In this document: positions 37,057 through 40,297 of the stretch, one piece after another
Position numbering within the stretch: position 1 is the stretch's first letter
How the letters are laid out: every line of letters begins with the position of its first letter
From: Welwitschia mirabilis
Lineage: Eukaryota
DNA: 40,297 nucleotides
Assembly: GCA_051453625.1 (NCBI GenBank)
Contig: JBOZIK010000001.1
Location: 48,768,852-48,809,148 of the forward strand
Direction of reading: 5' to 3'
Translations under genes and position numbers: made by a program
The notes under the pieces: model-generated
What the model saw: the letters and a program-made list of their open reading frames with translations, nothing else
What the model was told of the DNA's origin: nothing
The model's database searches: none

Positions 37057-37719
37057 NNNNNNNNNNNNNNNNNNNNNNNNNNNNNNNNNNNNNNNNNNNN
37101 NNNNNNNNNNNNNNNNNNNNNNNNNNNNNNNNNNNNNNNNNNNNNNNNNNNNNNNNCATTGGTGGCAGGCAAAGTAGTTTTAGTAGTTAAACATAGATGA
37201 ATTTGTCAGCAAATACAACTCATTCATCCTTGCCAATAATAATATATGCATCAAGAACTCATAGCCAGCTCTAACAACTCATACGGAAGCTGAAGTCATG
37301 TTATTATGAGAACAAAAAATGACTATTTTGGGCTTAAGAGAATAGACATATCTCCAGAAACAGCTTCTGCACTATAATTCCCCCTTAAAATTTTTTTTCC
37401 TAAGAATAGAACACATTTTGTTCCCCTATCTAGATGTTAAATCTACAAAATTTAGTCCTCCCTTTGGATATTTGAAGTACCTCACAATTCAAATATATTA
37501 TTATGGAGCCGAGGAGCTTGCTGTCCTCAGGTGGAGTCATCAGATTTTCTCTTTCTTTAAATCATCGGGAAAGCCCAATTCAGAAGCCATATATCAGAAC
37601 TGGAAAGGGAAGTTTGTTCCTCCAAAACACGATGAAAGCTTTGTGTCTGTTCACATCTGCAGCTATTTATCCATTTCCAAGGGGATTGTACATGTTTGAA
37701 GTTGAAGTTCCGGTTAAAG

Positions 37720-38560
37720 CGTGAAGAATACAAAGAAAAGAAGCAGCAGCACCAGCGTAGCAGGTACGAAGTTAAGTGCGCAAGAGATCACGTAAAACGT
37801 AATGGCGGAGGGGATAGCAAAAAGGGATGATCATCAGAAAACAGAATCATAGGCAAAAATGCCAATAAAAAGGATGATCTTGAAGGCAAAACGTGGGGGC
37901 ATCATAGCTAAAGTGAATAGAAAGCAGCTGGAAATGCATTAGAGCTAGGCATTCACAAGATAAAGGAAGCAGCAAACAAGCAGCCATAAAAAAGAAGAAT
38001 AGGAGGGAAAAATTAGAGATAGATGGCATCAAAGAAGTACGTCAGGTCAAATAAAAATGGCAGAGACAACAAACACACAATGGCAGCAGAAAGCACACAT
38101 CAAGCGAAAGCAAGAGACAATAGCACAAAAGAACACCAGAACAAAGTCTGAAATCAAACGGAATAGTGCAATGCATAAGATAATCAGAAAAACGGACATG
38201 CGCAAAAGAATCACTAGCAGATAACGGGCATCAGAGGAACATCGGGGATTAACAAACCATAAAGGAATGCATGCAACACAGAGACGTAATTACATATTAC
38301 ATAGAAGCAGCAAAACAAAAGAAGGCGAGTGACATCAAAATGCGAGCCTAGCAGGACATATTAAAAATAACAGGAGGCGTGATGGCGAGAAGAAGCAAGG
38401 CGTAACAGATATCAGATCAAAAATACAACAAAGGTAGACACAAAAAAGAGGAGGCACATTAGAGCGATCACGGAAAGGGAGACGTGCACGAGAGATTGTC
38501 ATACCAGGAAAATGCCGAGAGATAGCTTTCAAAGTAGCAGAAGAGATCATTGATAATTTC
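37720..38560. other. CpG-retaining, purine-skewed non-coding island (possible minus-strand 5' leader or first intron)
   Basis: Plus strand is A/G-rich and T-poor with many CG dinucleotides. On minus, TATAAAT lies at ~38600 and CTG|GTATGA at ~38503. No long ORF. Confidence 0.35.
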
Positions 38561-39699
38561 TAGGTTCTTCTTTACATTCATTTCTAATAGCAAAGTTATA
38601 TTTATATAAATGTTCATAGATAAAACAAAAAAAAAAGCGTTTATTATTCACCAAGTTGTAACTATAATCTTGTGGTTTGCTTTGGGTTTTGGAATTAGAA
38701 ATTACTTTTGTTTAAAATATATTTGTAGTTCTCTATTTCTGCACATTATGACTGGTGAATTAAGATCTTTTATGCATTATCTATAGATCTTGGCTTCTGA
38801 TTAATAATAAATTCCATTATGTGCTTGTTTTAAAGGCTCATCTAAAAACAGTTTTGTCCTTGGTTGGAAGACATAACCATAAAGCATTTATCTTGAGTAG
38901 AATTTGACAATCGCTCCTTTATCGATCTAAATTCTCTACCCTTCCTTTACTCGTTGTTTTATTGTCTTTTCTTTTTCTTCCTAAAGCAAATTACATGTAT
39001 GATTTCCCATCCTTTAGACAATATAGCCTTGATTTTCATTATGGACGATATTAAAGCAGCTAATAAGTTATAGTGATTCTCTATTAGTTTAATAAAAACC
39101 TTATCCCCAAGATAGTTTTCAAATACTATCACATAGCTTAGAGACAAAAAAATTTATATTTAAATTTAGAACTCTGATTGAAATTTACATCACTATTGTT
39201 TGGATAAATTCTCAAGACACTTGTGATATCACATTTAGGCTAGTTATTTAAATACATGTATTTACTCATATGAGCATCTAGTAAAATTTATCCCTTTTTT
39301 TACTTGATTACTTTATTCACAAAGTTATTCTCAATACAAATTACACTCGATATGTTTTGATTATAATGTGCTTTTAATAAAGTATTTTATCATGAAAATT
39401 TTTTAGTTTTTGAACTCCTTTCACATTTTGAGTATAACAGAATAACACCTATTGTTTAAACCGAATCCAAAAATCAAAGCAAAATCATAAAGGTAACATT
39501 GTGGGGAAAAAAAAGTAGCAACAGTTTTGGAGCTAGAAGAAGGGCCCCTCGTGAAGGTCCCTTATCATTTTCTTAATTGTTTTCTTAATCATATTTGCTT
39601 TACCTTTTGCCTTTTCCTACCATATTATCACACTTTACAGCAGCCACGATGCCAATATCAACTTGAAAGAAAAAAACCTGTATTTTAATGAATGAGTAT

Positions 39700-40297
39700 A
39701 AGGCACTCATCCAACAACATCCTTTAACTTTCACCCCTGATCAACTTTGCACCATGAATGACTATAGGAGTTATTAGAAAAACTACCTAATCCATCCCAC
39801 TGAAAGAATACGATCCTTAGCTATTAAGAAACTAGTATTGTCAGATGATGAAAATAAGGTTCTCCCTAAGGATCCTTTTTCCCAAAAATATGGTGAAAAC
39901 CAAGAATTCATAAATGAATGGAATCATGAAAAAAAATCTCAAATGCCATAAAAACCTGGGCTATAAATCCTAAAAAAGGACTATGATGACAATAGCTTGT
40001 TTGAGTGTTTAATGAATCATAAAGAACCACCAAAAACTCAATAACTAGAGAAGATAAACCTCAAATCTAGTCAATTAAATTTAACATGCTTTGGAAGGCC
40101 ATCAATGACATTAGATGAGGCCTTCAAAATAAGAAAAATTACCTTTACACAGACTTTGACGATTCCCCAATCCATTTCATTGTCCCTCGTAAGATAATCT
40201 TGATTAGTGAAATGTCCAATTTTGAGAATTTCACAGGTATCAAAGATTCTGTTATCCATGTCAAGAAATTTAAACACTCTTATCATATGTACAACAT
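39700..40297 (-). mobile_element. Possible degenerate LINE 3' fragment
   Basis: Weak resemblance to post-RT L1 sequence (NEMDWG, LRFIFS..GGS); no diagnostic motif. Confidence 0.25.

Noticed and set aside
37801-37821. GGAGGGATAGC 11-nt match to miR390 (TAS3-like site or MIR390)
   Set aside because: The seed-pairing part (TGAGCTT) does not match, and I saw no hairpin partner or tasiARF sequence; likely chance.

Overview
AT-rich plant nuclear DNA from a gapped draft assembly. It is probably a seed plant; a gymnosperm or gnetophyte is only a guess from the repeat style and heavy C>T decay. The one clearly intact gene is an intronless P-class PPR gene (5595-6866, minus strand) resembling Arabidopsis At3g25210. 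Directly upstream is a near full-length, degenerate L1 LINE ORF2 (EN, RT, CCHC finger; about 7330-11820, minus). About 12-33.3 kb is a nest of decayed gypsy-type LTR pieces containing a tRNA-derived SINE with a TSD, microsatellites and a decayed ORF built from 21-aa repeats. The most notable element is almost invisible in the ORF track: an intronless, CesA8-like cellulose synthase processed pseudogene (34825-36245, minus). It runs from the RING finger to QFP.RFD.ID.SDR and is clamped exactly between a copia 3' LTR and an unrelated short LTR lacking a TSD. A CpG-retaining, strongly strand-skewed non-coding island (37.7-38.6 kb) and splice-site-bounded minus-strand segments downstream of the PPR gene remain unexplained. 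All calls come from manual reading and translation; no searches were run.
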